Shown here in pieces: positions 29,910-40,482 of a stretch of DNA of 64,000 nucleotides. Source of the DNA: Terriglobia bacterium. Its GTDB lineage: Bacteria; Acidobacteriota; Terriglobia; 2-12-FULL-54-10. Within the stretch, counting starts at the first letter, position 1, and the number at the start of each line of letters is the position of its first letter. The stretch lies in assembly GCA_963666975.2 (NCBI GenBank), contig CAXVYR010000004.1, positions 1,792,001-1,856,000 of the forward strand, given 5' to 3'. The position numbers and the translations under genes are program-made. The notes under the pieces are model-generated. The model ran no database searches. It had not been told where the DNA came from and saw nothing but the letters and a program-made list of their open reading frames with translations.

Positions 29910-31196
29910 CTATTTTTCTTTTTGCACCAAACTTTTCAAAAACTTCTTCTGCTCGGTCCGGGTTCGCACTTTACCCTCCAGAACCGCATAAAAATGCGTG
30001 TCGAGTATCTTTCGGTAACGAGGCGTTCCCGAAGCGACTCCCATCTCTTGCAGTTCCTGCTCGGGAAGCCTGGACCGCAGAGGTACATACTTCTGCACGT
30101 AGATTTTGATCCGGGCTTGAATTTTTTTCTGGGGAAAGAGGAGTTGCAAGAATAGGATCAGGTCGGCTGGAGCAGCCGTGAGCAATTGGTAGAGTTTCGT
30201 GGGGGTGGAGGCCGCTTTGCCGCCCAGTTGTTTGGCTAGCCGCTTGGCGTTTGTTTCCATGCGCCGCCAAAGCCCGGCTTCGGTTTTCCTGAGTTTCAGC
30301 CACTTCGCCAGCCGGGTTTGGTCCCGTGCCGGCAATTTGCGGGTCAGTAGATAGAAAAACAGAGGAAAGGACGGCGCCAGAAGCCCGGCCTGTGCCAGCG
30401 AATGGCTGATTTTGGACGCCCGGGCAATCTCCTGCAAGTTGAGCCGGGAGTCTCGCAGGCGGGGGCTCAGCACGAGGAGCAGTTTTGCTTTCTCCAGGGC
30501 CTTCAGCAGTTCTGCGGGGTTTCGCTCCCTGGCGATTCGGCGCAACTCGTGCGCTACGGCTTCTCCGGCAGCTCTCTCTGGCGCGTCATTTTCGATGGCA
30601 TTTTGATATTGCGTTGCGGTCTTCGGTTCGAAGGAAAACCGGAGGCGAGCCCGAAACCGGACCGCGCGGAAGATGCGAACCGGGTCATCGAGAAAGCTGT
30701 AATTATTTAGAGTCCGCAGCTCCCCCTTCTCAATGTCCGCTAAACCGTTGGTGGGGTCGAGCAACAAGCCCCGCGATTGCGGATTCAGGGAAACTCCAAT
30801 GGCATTGATGGAGAAGTCCCGCCGCTTCAGGTCCGTCACAATGGTAGCCGGAGCGGTAACCGGCGGCCTGCCTGGCTTGCCATAAGTCTCCGACCGGGCC
30901 ATGCTGACGCTGGCTGAAACTCCAGAGGGGAATTCCAACTCGGCCGCGCGCAACGTTTGACTTTGCCAGGTGACAAGAACCTTCTGGCGGCTTAATTCCC
31001 GCACGATTTTCAGGGCGTTGCCTTCCACCACAAAATCAAAATCCTCGATGGGAAAGCCGCCGATCAGGTCCCGAATCGCGCCTCCCACCAAGTAGAGGTT
31101 CATGCCGTGAGCCTCGGCGGCCTTTTGCATGCGCAAGACGACTTGCCATTGTTCCGGGTTGAGCCGGCTTTCTATCAAGAAGAGGTAATCGCTCAT
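29910..31196 (-). CDS. tRNA nucleotidyltransferase (CCA/A-adding family)
   Basis: LVGGAIRD, DFD, AR-ETY, DLKRRDFSINA, DDPVRIFRAVRF. Confidence 0.88.
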   Translation of the reverse strand: MSDYLFLIESRLNPEQWQVVLRMQKAAEAHGMNLYLVGGAIRDLIGGFPIEDFDFVVEGNALKIVRELSRQKVLVTWQSQTLRAAELEFPSGVSASVSMARSETYGKPGRPPVTAPATIVTDLKRRDFSINAIGVSLNPQSRGLLLDPTNGLADIEKGELRTLNNYSFLDDPVRIFRAVRFRARLRFSFEPKTATQYQNAIENDAPERAAGEAVAHELRRIARERNPAELLKALEKAKLLLVLSPRLRDSRLNLQEIARASKISHSLAQAGLLAPSFPLFFYLLTRKLPARDQTRLAKWLKLRKTEAGLWRRMETNAKRLAKQLGGKAASTPTKLYQLLTAAPADLILFLQLLFPQKKIQARIKIYVQKYVPLRSRLPEQELQEMGVASGTPRYRKILDTHFYAVLEGKVRTRTEQKKFLKSLVQKEK

Positions 31197-31225
31197 GAGC
31201 AGCCGCGCTTTGCAGTTCAGCTTCT

Positions 31226-32104
31226 TCAGGCCCGTGGATGATGGCGGTAAATCTCCTTCAAACGGGCCGTCGCAATGTGAGTGTAAATCTGCGTGGTCGA
31301 GATGTCCGAATGCCCCAGCATCATTTGCAGAGAGCGCAGGTCGGCGCCGCGAGCCAGCAGGTGAGTGGCAAAACTGTGCCGCAGAAGATGAGGGGCGATC
31401 CGCTTGCGGATGCCCGCCTGTCTTCCATAGGCGGCCAGCCGCAGCCAGACGTTTTGCCGGGTCATGCGGGCGCCCCGCCGGTTGACAAACAGGAAGCCGG
31501 ACTGGCGGGGACCCAGCAGCCGTTCCCGCGCGCCTTTGTAGAGTTCCAGGGCGGCAATCGCAGCCTTGCCCACCGGGACGATTCGCTGTTTGTTCCCTTT
31601 GCCGAGAGTGCGCACGGCGCCAGCTTCCAGGTTCATGTCCGCCACCCGCAGGGAGATCAGTTCGGAAACACGCAAGCCGGTTGCGTACAGCATCTCCAGG
31701 ATGGCCCGGTCCCGTACCCCGATGGAAGTATCGGTCGCCGGCTGGGCCAGCAATATTTCCACCTCTTCCAAAGTCAGGTACTTCGGCAGGACCTTCCAGA
31801 TGCGAGGCGATTCAAGATTTTCCGTAGGATCGGAGGCAACCACCCCATCCTGGCGGAGGTAACGGTAAAAGCCACGCAGGCTGACGATCTGGCGTGCCAA
31901 GGTGCGGCTTCCCAACTCCTGCCCGTCTAACTGGAGTAAAAACTTGCGGATGCCGGTCGGTCCCGCGCTCTGAAAATCCAATCCGCTTTTCTCCAGAAAG
32001 CGGCAGAACTTCCGCAAATCCCGCTCGTAGGCCTCCACGGTGTTTCCCGCCAGCCCCTTCTCTACACGGAGATAATTCAAAAATCCTGCAATTTGATTTT
32101 GCAT
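31226..32104 (-). CDS. xerD: Site-specific tyrosine recombinase XerD
   Basis: EKGLAGNTVEAYERDL, LYATGLRVSEL, GKGNKQR, PHLLRHSFATHLL, LGHSDISTTQIYTH, HHPRA. Confidence 0.93.
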   Translation of the reverse strand: MQNQIAGFLNYLRVEKGLAGNTVEAYERDLRKFCRFLEKSGLDFQSAGPTGIRKFLLQLDGQELGSRTLARQIVSLRGFYRYLRQDGVVASDPTENLESPRIWKVLPKYLTLEEVEILLAQPATDTSIGVRDRAILEMLYATGLRVSELISLRVADMNLEAGAVRTLGKGNKQRIVPVGKAAIAALELYKGARERLLGPRQSGFLFVNRRGARMTRQNVWLRLAAYGRQAGIRKRIAPHLLRHSFATHLLARGADLRSLQMMLGHSDISTTQIYTHIATARLKEIYRHHPRA

Positions 32105-32768
32105 CTGCCGACCAGGGTGGCCTTAGTTAACCGGCTATTTCCTGTAATCAGTTGTATATAAAAAAGTTAACCTTTTACGCTAGACCCTGACAGGGGAGCT
32201 GTTTCCGCCATTCGCCCCTTTCCCTGCAGACTGCAAGGACCCTGTCGAAACCGGCGAAGTCATTAAATCACGAAACCAGTTATAACCACTGAAACTCTTT
32301 AATAAACTGATACATAAAGAGTTACTAAAACAGCAACCGCGACCAAAAAGATTGGCCAAGCTGCCAGATAGAGATTGGCTCTGCGGTCTGGAACAAGTTC
32401 TGCACCCTTCGGTCTTTTGGTACACAAGGATAAAAAGTGCTTCCTAATCAGAATGTTAGCTACTCAACGCTATGTGCCGACCACACAACTGCATACTAGC
32501 ACAGTCGCTGCCTGGTAGTAAACGGCACAGCCCTTCTGGCGATTGGTGATCCAAAAAGCACGCCGTCACGGCTGAAGTTTGTAGGGAATCGGCCTTACTT
32601 AAAATCCAGCCTTGATTCAGACAGCGATTAACACAGCGAGCCGGGGGTGCTGTAAAATCCTGGTGAATCATTCGGCTCGAAACTACGGGATTCAGTCTCA
32701 GCCGGGAAGGGTTTGTAGATGAAGTTTTCAGGATGGAATCCAGGATGGAAACAAGGATGGAGTCAAGG

Positions 32769-33809
32769 ATGAGATTAATAGAAATTGCAGAGAAACTGGA
32801 TTGTCTTTTGGAGGGGAAAGGGGAAATTGAAATTAAGGGGGTCGCCAGCCTGGAGCAGGCGAGGCCGGGCGATCTGACCTTCCTTTCCAATCCCAAATAC
32901 ACGCCGCTGCTGAAGACGACGCAGGCAAGCGCTGTCCTGGTGAGGAAGGATTTCGGCTCGGTCCCGCTGCCGGCGCTGCGGTGTTCCGATCCCTATCTGC
33001 TGTTTGCCAAGGCGCTCGAATTTTTTTACACCCCGCCGCGCCCCTCTGTGGGAGTGCATTCCACGGCCGTCATAGCGCCTACCGCCCGGATCGGGGCCAA
33101 CGCCTCCATCGGCCCCTATGTGGTTGTGGAGGAGGCGGCCCAGATCGGCGCGAACGCGGTCTTGCAGAGCCACGTGGTGATCTATCGCGGGGCAAAGATC
33201 GGAGACGATTTTTACGCTCACAGCCATGCCGTGGTGCGCGAGTTCTGCCGCATCGGAAACCGTGTGACCCTGCAGAACGGAGCCGTCATCGGCGCCGACG
33301 GCTTCGGCTTCGCCAAGCAGAGCGACGGCAGCCACTACAAAATGGTGCAGTCGGGCGTCGCGGTGGTGGAGGACGACGTCGAGGTGCAGGCCCTCGCCTG
33401 CGTGGATCGCGCCACGGTGGGGGAGACGCGCGTCCGGCGCGGCGCGAAGATCGACAACATGGTCCAGGTGGGCCATGCCTCAACGGTCGGTGAAAATTCG
33501 ATTCTGTGCGCCCAGGCGGGACTGGCCGGCAGCACGCATCTCGGACGGAACGTGCTGCTCGCCGGGCAGGTCGGTGTCGCCGGTCATTTGACCCTGGGCG
33601 ACAACGTGATAGCCACCGCGCAGACGGGCATCCCCAGCGACGTGCCGCCCGACACCATGGTCTCGGGCTACCCGGCGATTGAAAACAAACAATGGCTGCG
33701 ATGCGCTGCCGTCTTCAGCAAGCTGCCGGAGTTGAATAAGACGGTGAGGGCCTTAAAAGAAAGCGTAGCGAAATTGCAAACGAAATTGCAAAAAGGGGAA
33801 GTGGGTTGA
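32769..33809 (+). CDS. lpxD: UDP-3-O-acylglucosamine N-acyltransferase
   Basis: LTFLSNPKY, hexapeptide repeats, IGADGFGFA, KIDNMVQVGH, GQVGVAGHL. Confidence 0.95.
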   Translation: MRLIEIAEKLDCLLEGKGEIEIKGVASLEQARPGDLTFLSNPKYTPLLKTTQASAVLVRKDFGSVPLPALRCSDPYLLFAKALEFFYTPPRPSVGVHSTAVIAPTARIGANASIGPYVVVEEAAQIGANAVLQSHVVIYRGAKIGDDFYAHSHAVVREFCRIGNRVTLQNGAVIGADGFGFAKQSDGSHYKMVQSGVAVVEDDVEVQALACVDRATVGETRVRRGAKIDNMVQVGHASTVGENSILCAQAGLAGSTHLGRNVLLAGQVGVAGHLTLGDNVIATAQTGIPSDVPPDTMVSGYPAIENKQWLRCAAVFSKLPELNKTVRALKESVAKLQTKLQKGEVG

Positions 33810-33882
33810 TTTCTTCTTTTTAGTTCCGGAGACCAGCGTGAGAACGCTATGTTGATGATTCGTCTTGCTTGGTTCTGCACCT

Positions 33883-34018
33883 TAGCAGCTTGTTGAAAAA
33901 AGGATTTTGAACGACGCTACGAACACGTAAATCGTTGTAACCCATTGATTCTTCGTTCGACGGCATTCCAGAAAAGTGGTTTTCGGGCAGGCGAAAATGA
34001 TTTTTCAACAAGCTGTTA
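33883..34018. mobile_element. 136-bp MITE (non-autonomous IS derivative)
   Basis: Terminal IRs TAGCAGCTTGTTGAAAAA / TTTTTCAACAAGCTGTTA (17 of 18 complementary); no ORF inside. Confidence 0.7.
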
Positions 34019-34084
34019 GGGCACGATCTTGTATGGTATTCGGCATAGGTGCCAGGCACGACAACCCTGTGGTTCAAGTTCCAT

Positions 34085-34643
34085 GGCGTGTTAACACTAT
34101 TGGAGGGCCTCGACGATCAGAGCGAAGTTGAGGAAAGCCAGAAAGACGACGTCGAGTTTATCGAAGCGCGAGAAGATGCGGCGGAAGCCTTTGAGTCTGC
34201 GGAAAAGCCTCTCGATCTCATTGCGCTTGCGGTACATGGCTTTATCGTACTGCCAGGGTTGCAGGCGATTGCTTCTGGGCGGAATCACCGGGATGAAGCC
34301 AAAGTCCAGAGCCAGTTGGAGAGTCTTGTTGTCCTCGTAGGCGCGGTCCATGATGAGATGCAACGGTGCGGGCAACGGCCCGATGCCGCCCAGAAGTTCG
34401 CGGCCTTGGACCAGCGATTCAGACGAGTGTAGATGGTGTGCCAGTTGCCAAAACGCTTCGGCAGTCCGCGCCACTTGCACCCCTGCTCGGTCACGTACAA
34501 CAACGCGTTGAGCACCTGCAGGTTGGAAAGGCTGACATGGCCTCGTTGGCGCGGAAGGCTGGGCTCGATACGAAGATACTGTGCCGCGGTGATTTCCATG
34601 AACCGAAGCATACCACTAAAATCCCAATTAGTGTTAACACGCC
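34085..34643 (-). mobile_element. IS5-family insertion sequence remnant, internally deleted transposase pseudogene
   Basis: Perfect 15-bp IRs GGCGTGTTAACACTA / TAGTGTTAACACGCC; N-terminal part (GCKWRGLPKRFGNWHTIYTR) joined out of frame to C-terminal part (MDRAYE...YRKRNEIERLFRRLKGFRR). Confidence 0.9.
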
Positions 34644-34844
34644 CTGGTTAGTCAATAGAAAAAAGCTCCTTCCGCATTCACATCTCCCTTCTTAAGAGCT
34701 GCCGTTGAAACCGCTTCAAAGGAAAAACCTGGCTTCGGCGGCTGGTTTTCAGATAAACTACTTCCTTTTTGCCATGTTGATGGATTGATGGGGTGCCGAT
34801 ATGTTCTGTTTGAATTGCTAATTTGTCGAAGGAAGAGAGGAAGA

Positions 34845-35081
34845 ATGGCGGAAGCTAAAATTACTGTCAGAAACAACGGTCCCCTGCGGATCGAGGGCGA
34901 ATTTACGATCTGCGATCAGGAGGGAAAGGCCTTCGGCCTGGGAGGCCGGACGATGATTTCCTTGTGCCGTTGCGGACTCTCGCAGAACAAGCCCTTCTGC
35001 GACGGGAGTCATAACAAGGCGGGTTTTCAGTCGGAGATAAAAGCCAGGGAACTTCCTCCTCCCGCTCCCAAGCCGGAGTAA
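34845..35081 (+). CDS. CDGSH iron-sulfur domain protein
   Basis: NGPL...LCRCGLSQNKPFCDGSH. Confidence 0.93.
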   Translation: MAEAKITVRNNGPLRIEGEFTICDQEGKAFGLGGRTMISLCRCGLSQNKPFCDGSHNKAGFQSEIKARELPPPAPKPE

Positions 35082-35163
35082 TTCTCTTTTCTTTCAAGTT
35101 GCTGGCAAGTTGCTGGCAAAATGCTGGTTGGCCTCGATGCCGGATGTGGCAGGCAGGTTGTCA

Positions 35164-35538
35164 TTAGTTAGCTGAAGGACTGTGCCTTTCCTGGCAAGCT
35201 ACGCAGTACCGCGTCCAGGGAACAGCTTCCAGGCGTTTCTGGGCGACAGGCCTCCCGCAATCCATACAAGTCCCGTAACTTCTCCCGCGAAGCCGTACGA
35301 GGGCGTCCTCTATGTCCCGCAGGAGTGTGACGTTTAAGCTGTTCTTCTTCACCCAAACCCACGTTTCATGGCTTCGTTCTGCCAAATCCGCCGAGTCGTG
35401 AAGCTCCTCGTCGACACGCAGCAGAGCGTTACTCTCCGGAGTCATCATTTGAGCCTGCAGTTCCGTTAATTTCTCTTCGAGCACCCGGCGCAGGTATTTC
35501 GTAGTGTTGGATTTAGTTTTCTTGGTGCTGTTGATCAT
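35164..35538 (-). CDS. TraR/DksA family C4 zinc-finger protein
   Basis: DSADLA coiled-coil tip, YGTCMDCG...RLEAVPWTRYCVACQE. Confidence 0.88.
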   Translation of the reverse strand: MINSTKKTKSNTTKYLRRVLEEKLTELQAQMMTPESNALLRVDEELHDSADLAERSHETWVWVKKNSLNVTLLRDIEDALVRLRGRSYGTCMDCGRPVAQKRLEAVPWTRYCVACQERHSPSAN

Positions 35539-35836
35539 AACGTTTGACGCCTCAGTCCGCGCAGTAAGTTTACTCTGAATAGATTCCGCTGCCCCCAAAA
35601 CGATTCAGGAACCTGATTTGGTACATCATTTGGCTTATCTCGGTCCCTGCTGATTTAGAGGCAAACGGAGCCGGAAGGTTGCCCGTCCACGCAGAAGAAA
35701 AATCAGCAGCATCGGACAGCAGGCCTGTTGCCCGCGAACAAATCGCATCTGTTTTATTTTCAACAGCTTGACCGGAAAGGAAAGAGGCTGTAGAACAGCA
35801 GCGAGCGGCTCGGAATCAGCGCCGCGCGGGTGTCGC

Positions 35837-38320
35837 TTAGCGGGGCCTGGCCAGGACGATGTTGACCAGTTTATTGGGTACCACGATGGTTTTCAGCACC
35901 TCTTGGCCGTTGGTGATGTGGGCGATGCGAGGGTCCGCCAGAGCCAGGTCCTTCAGCTCGTCCTGGCTCAAACCTTCCTGCGCCCGAATCTTGCTGCGAA
36001 GGCGGCCATTGACTTGAACGATCACCTCCAACTCCTCTTCCTTGGCAAGAACCGGATCAAAAGAAGGCCACTCGACGGTGAGCAAATCTTCCGTGTGTCC
36101 CAACTCCTGCCAGAGTTCCTGGGCCAGATACGGAGCAAACGGCGACAGCAACTTGGCCAGCGTCTCCAAAGTCCCCCGCAGGATGGCGGGGGTAATTTTA
36201 CCCTCCAGGTTATACAAGAGGTTGACCAGCTCCATGGAGGCGGCGATGTCTGTATTGAAGTGCCAGCGGCCTTCGAAATCGGCCGTGACGCGCCGGATGG
36301 TCTGATGCAGCTTGCGCAGCAGGTTGCGGTCTTCGCCGGAAACATCGGCGGCAGCGGGTCTGGCGGATGGGACATTTCTTAACTCGCCCGCGTGCCGGTC
36401 CACTAAACGGTAAACGCGGGAAAGAAAACGGTAGATTCCCTCCACTCCCGCTTCGTTCCACTCCAAATCTTTTTCCGGGGGCGCGGCAAACAGGGAATAC
36501 AGGCGGGTGGTGTCGGAGCCGTAGCGTTCCACCATCTCATCCGGGTCCACCAGGTTCCCCTTGGATTTGGACATCTTGGCCCCGTCCTTGATGACCATGC
36601 CCTGAGTGAACAGCCTCGCGGCGGGCTCATCAATCTGTGTAAGACCCAAATCCCGCAACACCTTGGCAAAGAAGCGCGCGTAGATCAAATGCAGAATCGC
36701 GTGCTCCACCCCGCCGATGTACTGATCGATGGGAAACCAGTAATTGACCGCGGACGGTTCCACGGGCAACTCCGGATAGTCGGGATTGGTGTAGCGATAA
36801 AAATACCAGGAGGAGTCGACGAAGGTATCCATCGTGTCGGTCTCCCGCTCTGCCGGACCCTGGCAGCGGGGGCAGGTGGCGCGCAGGAAACCGGGGGCGT
36901 CCTTGAGCGGCGAGTGGCCGAGACCGGTGATCTCTACGTCTTCCGGCAGCAATACAGGCAACTCTTCATAGGGCACCGGAACGATTCCACACTTGGCGCA
37001 ATACAGCACGGGGATGGGAGTGCCCCAATAGCGTTGCCGCGAGACGCCCCAATCCTTGATCCGGTAGGTGGTCTCCACTCGTCCGAATTTCTTTTTGGCT
37101 GCGTGCCCGGCCATCTTCCGGATGGCCTCCTCGGAGGCCAGGCCGGTGAAAGGCCCGGAGTTCACCAGCACCCCGTAGTCGGTGAAAGCGGCATCCAATC
37201 TTTGCGCGCCGTGCGTGCTCACGGCGGGCCCCACAACGACCCGCACCGGCAAGCGGTATTTCGCGGCGAACTCAAAGTCGCGCTGGTCGTGGGCGGGCAC
37301 CGACATCACGGCGCCCGTGCCATACTCCATTAGAACAAAGTTGGCCACCCAGATCGGGACTTGCTCCCCGTTGAAAGGGTTGACGGCGAAGCGCCCTGTA
37401 AAGACGCCTTCTTTTTCCGTCTCCCCGGCGGCGGCGCCGGGCGGGCGGGCCTGGAGCCTGCCGATATTGCTCAAAATATTGGCGCTCCCTGCCACGCTCT
37501 CGAGCAGCTTGTTCACCAAAGGATGAGCGACCGCCACCAGCACGGCGGTGGCTCCGTAAATGGTGTCCAGCCGCGTGGTGAAAACGGAGATCGATTCCTT
37601 CAATCCGGCAACGGCAAACTGCACCTGGGCCCCGATCGACTTGCCGATCCAGTTGCGCTGCATGGTCAGCACGCGCTCGGGCCAGTTGGTGAGCTTCTCC
37701 ATGTCCTGGAGAAGCTGGTCGGCGTATTCAGTAATGCGGAAGAACCACTGCTCCAGCTCTTTCTGCTCGACGGGCGTCCCCTCGTGCCGCCAGCAGCACC
37801 CCTCCACGACTTGCTCGTTGGCCAGCACGGTCTGGCAGGCAGGACACCAGTTCACGCGGCTGTTTTTCCTGTAGGCCAGTCCCCGATCCAGCATCTTGAG
37901 GAAGAGCCACTGGTTCCACCGGTAATACTCGGGCTGGCAGGTGGACAACTCCTTGGACCAATCGTAGCTGAACCCAAACCGCTCGAACTGGCGCTTCATG
38001 GATGCAATGTTGTCGGAAGTCCATCGCCGGGGATGAATGCGATTTTTGATGGCCGCGTTTTCCGCCGGCAGCCCAAAGGAGTCCCAGCCCATGGGGTGCA
38101 GCACGTTGAAGCCGCGCATTCGCTTGTAGCGCGCCAGCGCATCACCAATGGAATAATTGCGCACATGTCCCATGTGCAGGGCGCCCGAAGGATAGGGAAG
38201 CATCTCCAGCACGTAGTATTTGGGGCGGGCAGTGTCCGCGGTGGCCACGCAGGCGGCTCGGTTCTTCCACTCCTCCTGCCACTTTTTTTCTATCGCTTGG
38301 AAATCGTAGCCGCTGGTCAC
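35837..38320 (-). CDS. leuS: Leucine--tRNA ligase
   Basis: MLPYPSGALHMGH, GTGAVMSVPAHDQRD, SRQRYWG, KMSKS. Confidence 0.98.
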   Translation of the reverse strand: MTSGYDFQAIEKKWQEEWKNRAACVATADTARPKYYVLEMLPYPSGALHMGHVRNYSIGDALARYKRMRGFNVLHPMGWDSFGLPAENAAIKNRIHPRRWTSDNIASMKRQFERFGFSYDWSKELSTCQPEYYRWNQWLFLKMLDRGLAYRKNSRVNWCPACQTVLANEQVVEGCCWRHEGTPVEQKELEQWFFRITEYADQLLQDMEKLTNWPERVLTMQRNWIGKSIGAQVQFAVAGLKESISVFTTRLDTIYGATAVLVAVAHPLVNKLLESVAGSANILSNIGRLQARPPGAAAGETEKEGVFTGRFAVNPFNGEQVPIWVANFVLMEYGTGAVMSVPAHDQRDFEFAAKYRLPVRVVVGPAVSTHGAQRLDAAFTDYGVLVNSGPFTGLASEEAIRKMAGHAAKKKFGRVETTYRIKDWGVSRQRYWGTPIPVLYCAKCGIVPVPYEELPVLLPEDVEITGLGHSPLKDAPGFLRATCPRCQGPAERETDTMDTFVDSSWYFYRYTNPDYPELPVEPSAVNYWFPIDQYIGGVEHAILHLIYARFFAKVLRDLGLTQIDEPAARLFTQGMVIKDGAKMSKSKGNLVDPDEMVERYGSDTTRLYSLFAAPPEKDLEWNEAGVEGIYRFLSRVYRLVDRHAGELRNVPSARPAAADVSGEDRNLLRKLHQTIRRVTADFEGRWHFNTDIAASMELVNLLYNLEGKITPAILRGTLETLAKLLSPFAPYLAQELWQELGHTEDLLTVEWPSFDPVLAKEEELEVIVQVNGRLRSKIRAQEGLSQDELKDLALADPRIAHITNGQEVLKTIVVPNKLVNIVLARPR

Positions 38321-39303
38321 CGCTTCACCTTTCTGCCGGGAGTCCCGGCCCGTCCTCGCCGGGCCTGAGCCGGAGCGGAACGTTCCGGGAATGCCTGTTG
38401 CGCTCCGCTGCTTCCGTTGCAGGGGCGGAGGGAGCGAATCACCTCCAGGTTACGCGCGTCGTCGCCGGGAGCTTCGAGCGGCGTTTCCAAAATGAATGCC
38501 TTTTCCCGCAAAGCCGGATGATTCACGATCCGGCGGAAACCGTCCAGGCCAATGCCGCCCCGGCCGATGTGCTCATGCCGGTCATGGCGCGAACCGAGCG
38601 GCGTGCGGGAATCGTTCGTGTGGACCACCTTGACCCGGTCGAGTCCCACGGTCTGCTCCAAGGAACCGACCATACTCGCCAGGCCTTCTGGCGAGGAGAG
38701 GTCCATGCCGGCCTGAAAACAATGCGCCGTGTCCAGACAGCAGCCGACCGGGAGGCCGTCGAGCAGCGCCAGCATATCCTGCAACTGGGAAAAGGACCCT
38801 CCCAAAGTGCTCCCCTGCCCGCATGTGTTTTCCAGCAGAATGGAGAGCGCGCCCAGCCGCTCGCCCTGCACCGCTTCCCGCAGGGAGGCCGTCATGTGCC
38901 GCATTCCCTCTTCCGCCGAAGCGTTCCGGGAGCTGCCGGGATGAAAGATCAGATACTCGGCGCCGATGGCCGCCGCCCGTCGGATTTCACCGCGAAAGGC
39001 CTCCAGGGACCGTTTGCGCAGGGCCTGGTCCGGGGATGCCATGTTGATCAGGTAGTTGGCGTGCACCGCCAGGGGGAAGAGATGATAGCGCTGCCGCAGG
39101 TCTCCGAGCGCGGCAATCTCCCGGGCTGTGGGCTCGCGGGCCTTCCACATTCGGGGACTGGAGGAAAAAATTTGAAAGGTGTTGCAACCCAGCAGGTGAG
39201 CTTTTTCGGCAGCCTGTTCCAGCGAACCGGCGATGGAGGTGTGGATGCCCGCACGCCACCCAGAAAACCCGTCCGACTCGTTTTCGTTCTTCACCTCATC
39301 CAA
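38317..39303 (-). CDS. nfo: Endonuclease IV
   Basis: HANYLIN, HPGS, LENT, CLDTAH, HTNDS, DRHEHIG, ILETP. Confidence 0.93.
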   Translation of the reverse strand: MDEVKNENESDGFSGWRAGIHTSIAGSLEQAAEKAHLLGCNTFQIFSSSPRMWKAREPTAREIAALGDLRQRYHLFPLAVHANYLINMASPDQALRKRSLEAFRGEIRRAAAIGAEYLIFHPGSSRNASAEEGMRHMTASLREAVQGERLGALSILLENTCGQGSTLGGSFSQLQDMLALLDGLPVGCCLDTAHCFQAGMDLSSPEGLASMVGSLEQTVGLDRVKVVHTNDSRTPLGSRHDRHEHIGRGGIGLDGFRRIVNHPALREKAFILETPLEAPGDDARNLEVIRSLRPCNGSSGAQQAFPERSAPAQARRGRAGTPGRKVKR

Positions 39304-39642
39304 AGGAGTCCATCCCGAAGATTAAGTTCCGTTGCCGAACTATATTAACAAAGTGGTTCCGCAGCGGTCAACCGCTCGGTTGGCGCTCCGTGGGCGGCTG
39401 GAGCGCATGGAAGCGCCGCCGAGCGCGCAGCGGCAGCCTGCCGTTACTATATCTGGGTCCTGCATCGCCAAAATTCAAAGATGCCGCATCAAAGCTTTTG
39501 AACGGTTTTATTTCGATGTATCGTTGAAGCACTGGGAGGCACTGGGAGGCGCTGGCCATCAGGAACAATTCTGGAACAATGCCAGTTCTAATGATAGTTC
39601 TGTGGTGGCGCGCGCTGCCAGCACGTCGCCGAAGGAGGGCAC

Positions 39643-40437
39643 ATGCGGAGGGTGGTCCGAATCACAACGCTTTGGATTCTCTGTGGCGTCCTGGCGACTT
39701 CCGGGGTGGCGAAAGATCCCGGTGACTCCAAAAATATTTTGCTGTCTGTCGGAGACATCGCCATGGGGCAGATTGCCGACGGAGAAGGGTGGAGCACGAC
39801 CCTCACGTTCGTCAATCTCCAAGTTTTTTCGAGAACTTTCGATGTGATTTTTACCGGCGATGCCGGAACCCCGCTGGCGCTAAATTTCAAGAACATCGGC
39901 GCAACCTCCACGCTCAGCTTTTCCATCCCGGCTGGGGGAACACAGCAGGTGGAAACGACCGGAACAAGTTTTCCCGTGGTGCAAGGATGGGCTGCGATCA
40001 TTGCGATCGACGGCGATTCTACACCGATTGGAGGAATGGCTATTTTGCGCTCCTCCAGGTCCGGGCTTCCCGATTTTGAATCCGTCGTGCCGTTCAGCAA
40101 CGTTCTGGACACACATCAGGTCCTCTCCTTGGACCACCGCAATGGGTTGCTCACGGGGATAGCCTTGGCAAACCCGTCTTTTGCCTCCCCGATGACTATC
40201 TCTATAAATTTTTTCGACATCAACGGAGTATTCATCTCATCGGGCTCCATCACCCTGCAAGGGGGCCAGCACACGGCCTTTCTGCTGGATTCTCGCTTTC
40301 CCGAACTGGCTGACCGAGCCGGCATAGCGGAGTTCACCGGCGTCGATGCAGCACAAAGTGTCGGCCCGGTGATCCTGGGCTTGCGCTTTAATCCTTCCGG
40401 CCCTTTCACAACGCTTTTTCCGATGACCTTGCCCTGA
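39643..40437 (+). CDS. Hypothetical secreted beta-rich protein
   Basis: Signal peptide; QIADG-GWSTT, QGWA, TGIALANP pattern. Confidence 0.7.
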   Translation: MRRVVRITTLWILCGVLATSGVAKDPGDSKNILLSVGDIAMGQIADGEGWSTTLTFVNLQVFSRTFDVIFTGDAGTPLALNFKNIGATSTLSFSIPAGGTQQVETTGTSFPVVQGWAAIIAIDGDSTPIGGMAILRSSRSGLPDFESVVPFSNVLDTHQVLSLDHRNGLLTGIALANPSFASPMTISINFFDINGVFISSGSITLQGGQHTAFLLDSRFPELADRAGIAEFTGVDAAQSVGPVILGLRFNPSGPFTTLFPMTLP

Positions 40438-40482
40438 ACGGACAGGCATGAGTTGGGAAGCGGGCCCATCCGCCAAAGTGAG

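Noticed and set aside
31226-32104. Tyrosine recombinase as integron integrase for the attC-like sites
   Set aside because: Length and motifs are those of housekeeping XerD; the IntI-specific insertion is absent and the context is core genes.
32145-32172. dif-like site near xerD (TGTATATAAAAAAGTTAAC)
   Set aside because: Does not fit the 11-6-11 dif architecture; no XerC arm.
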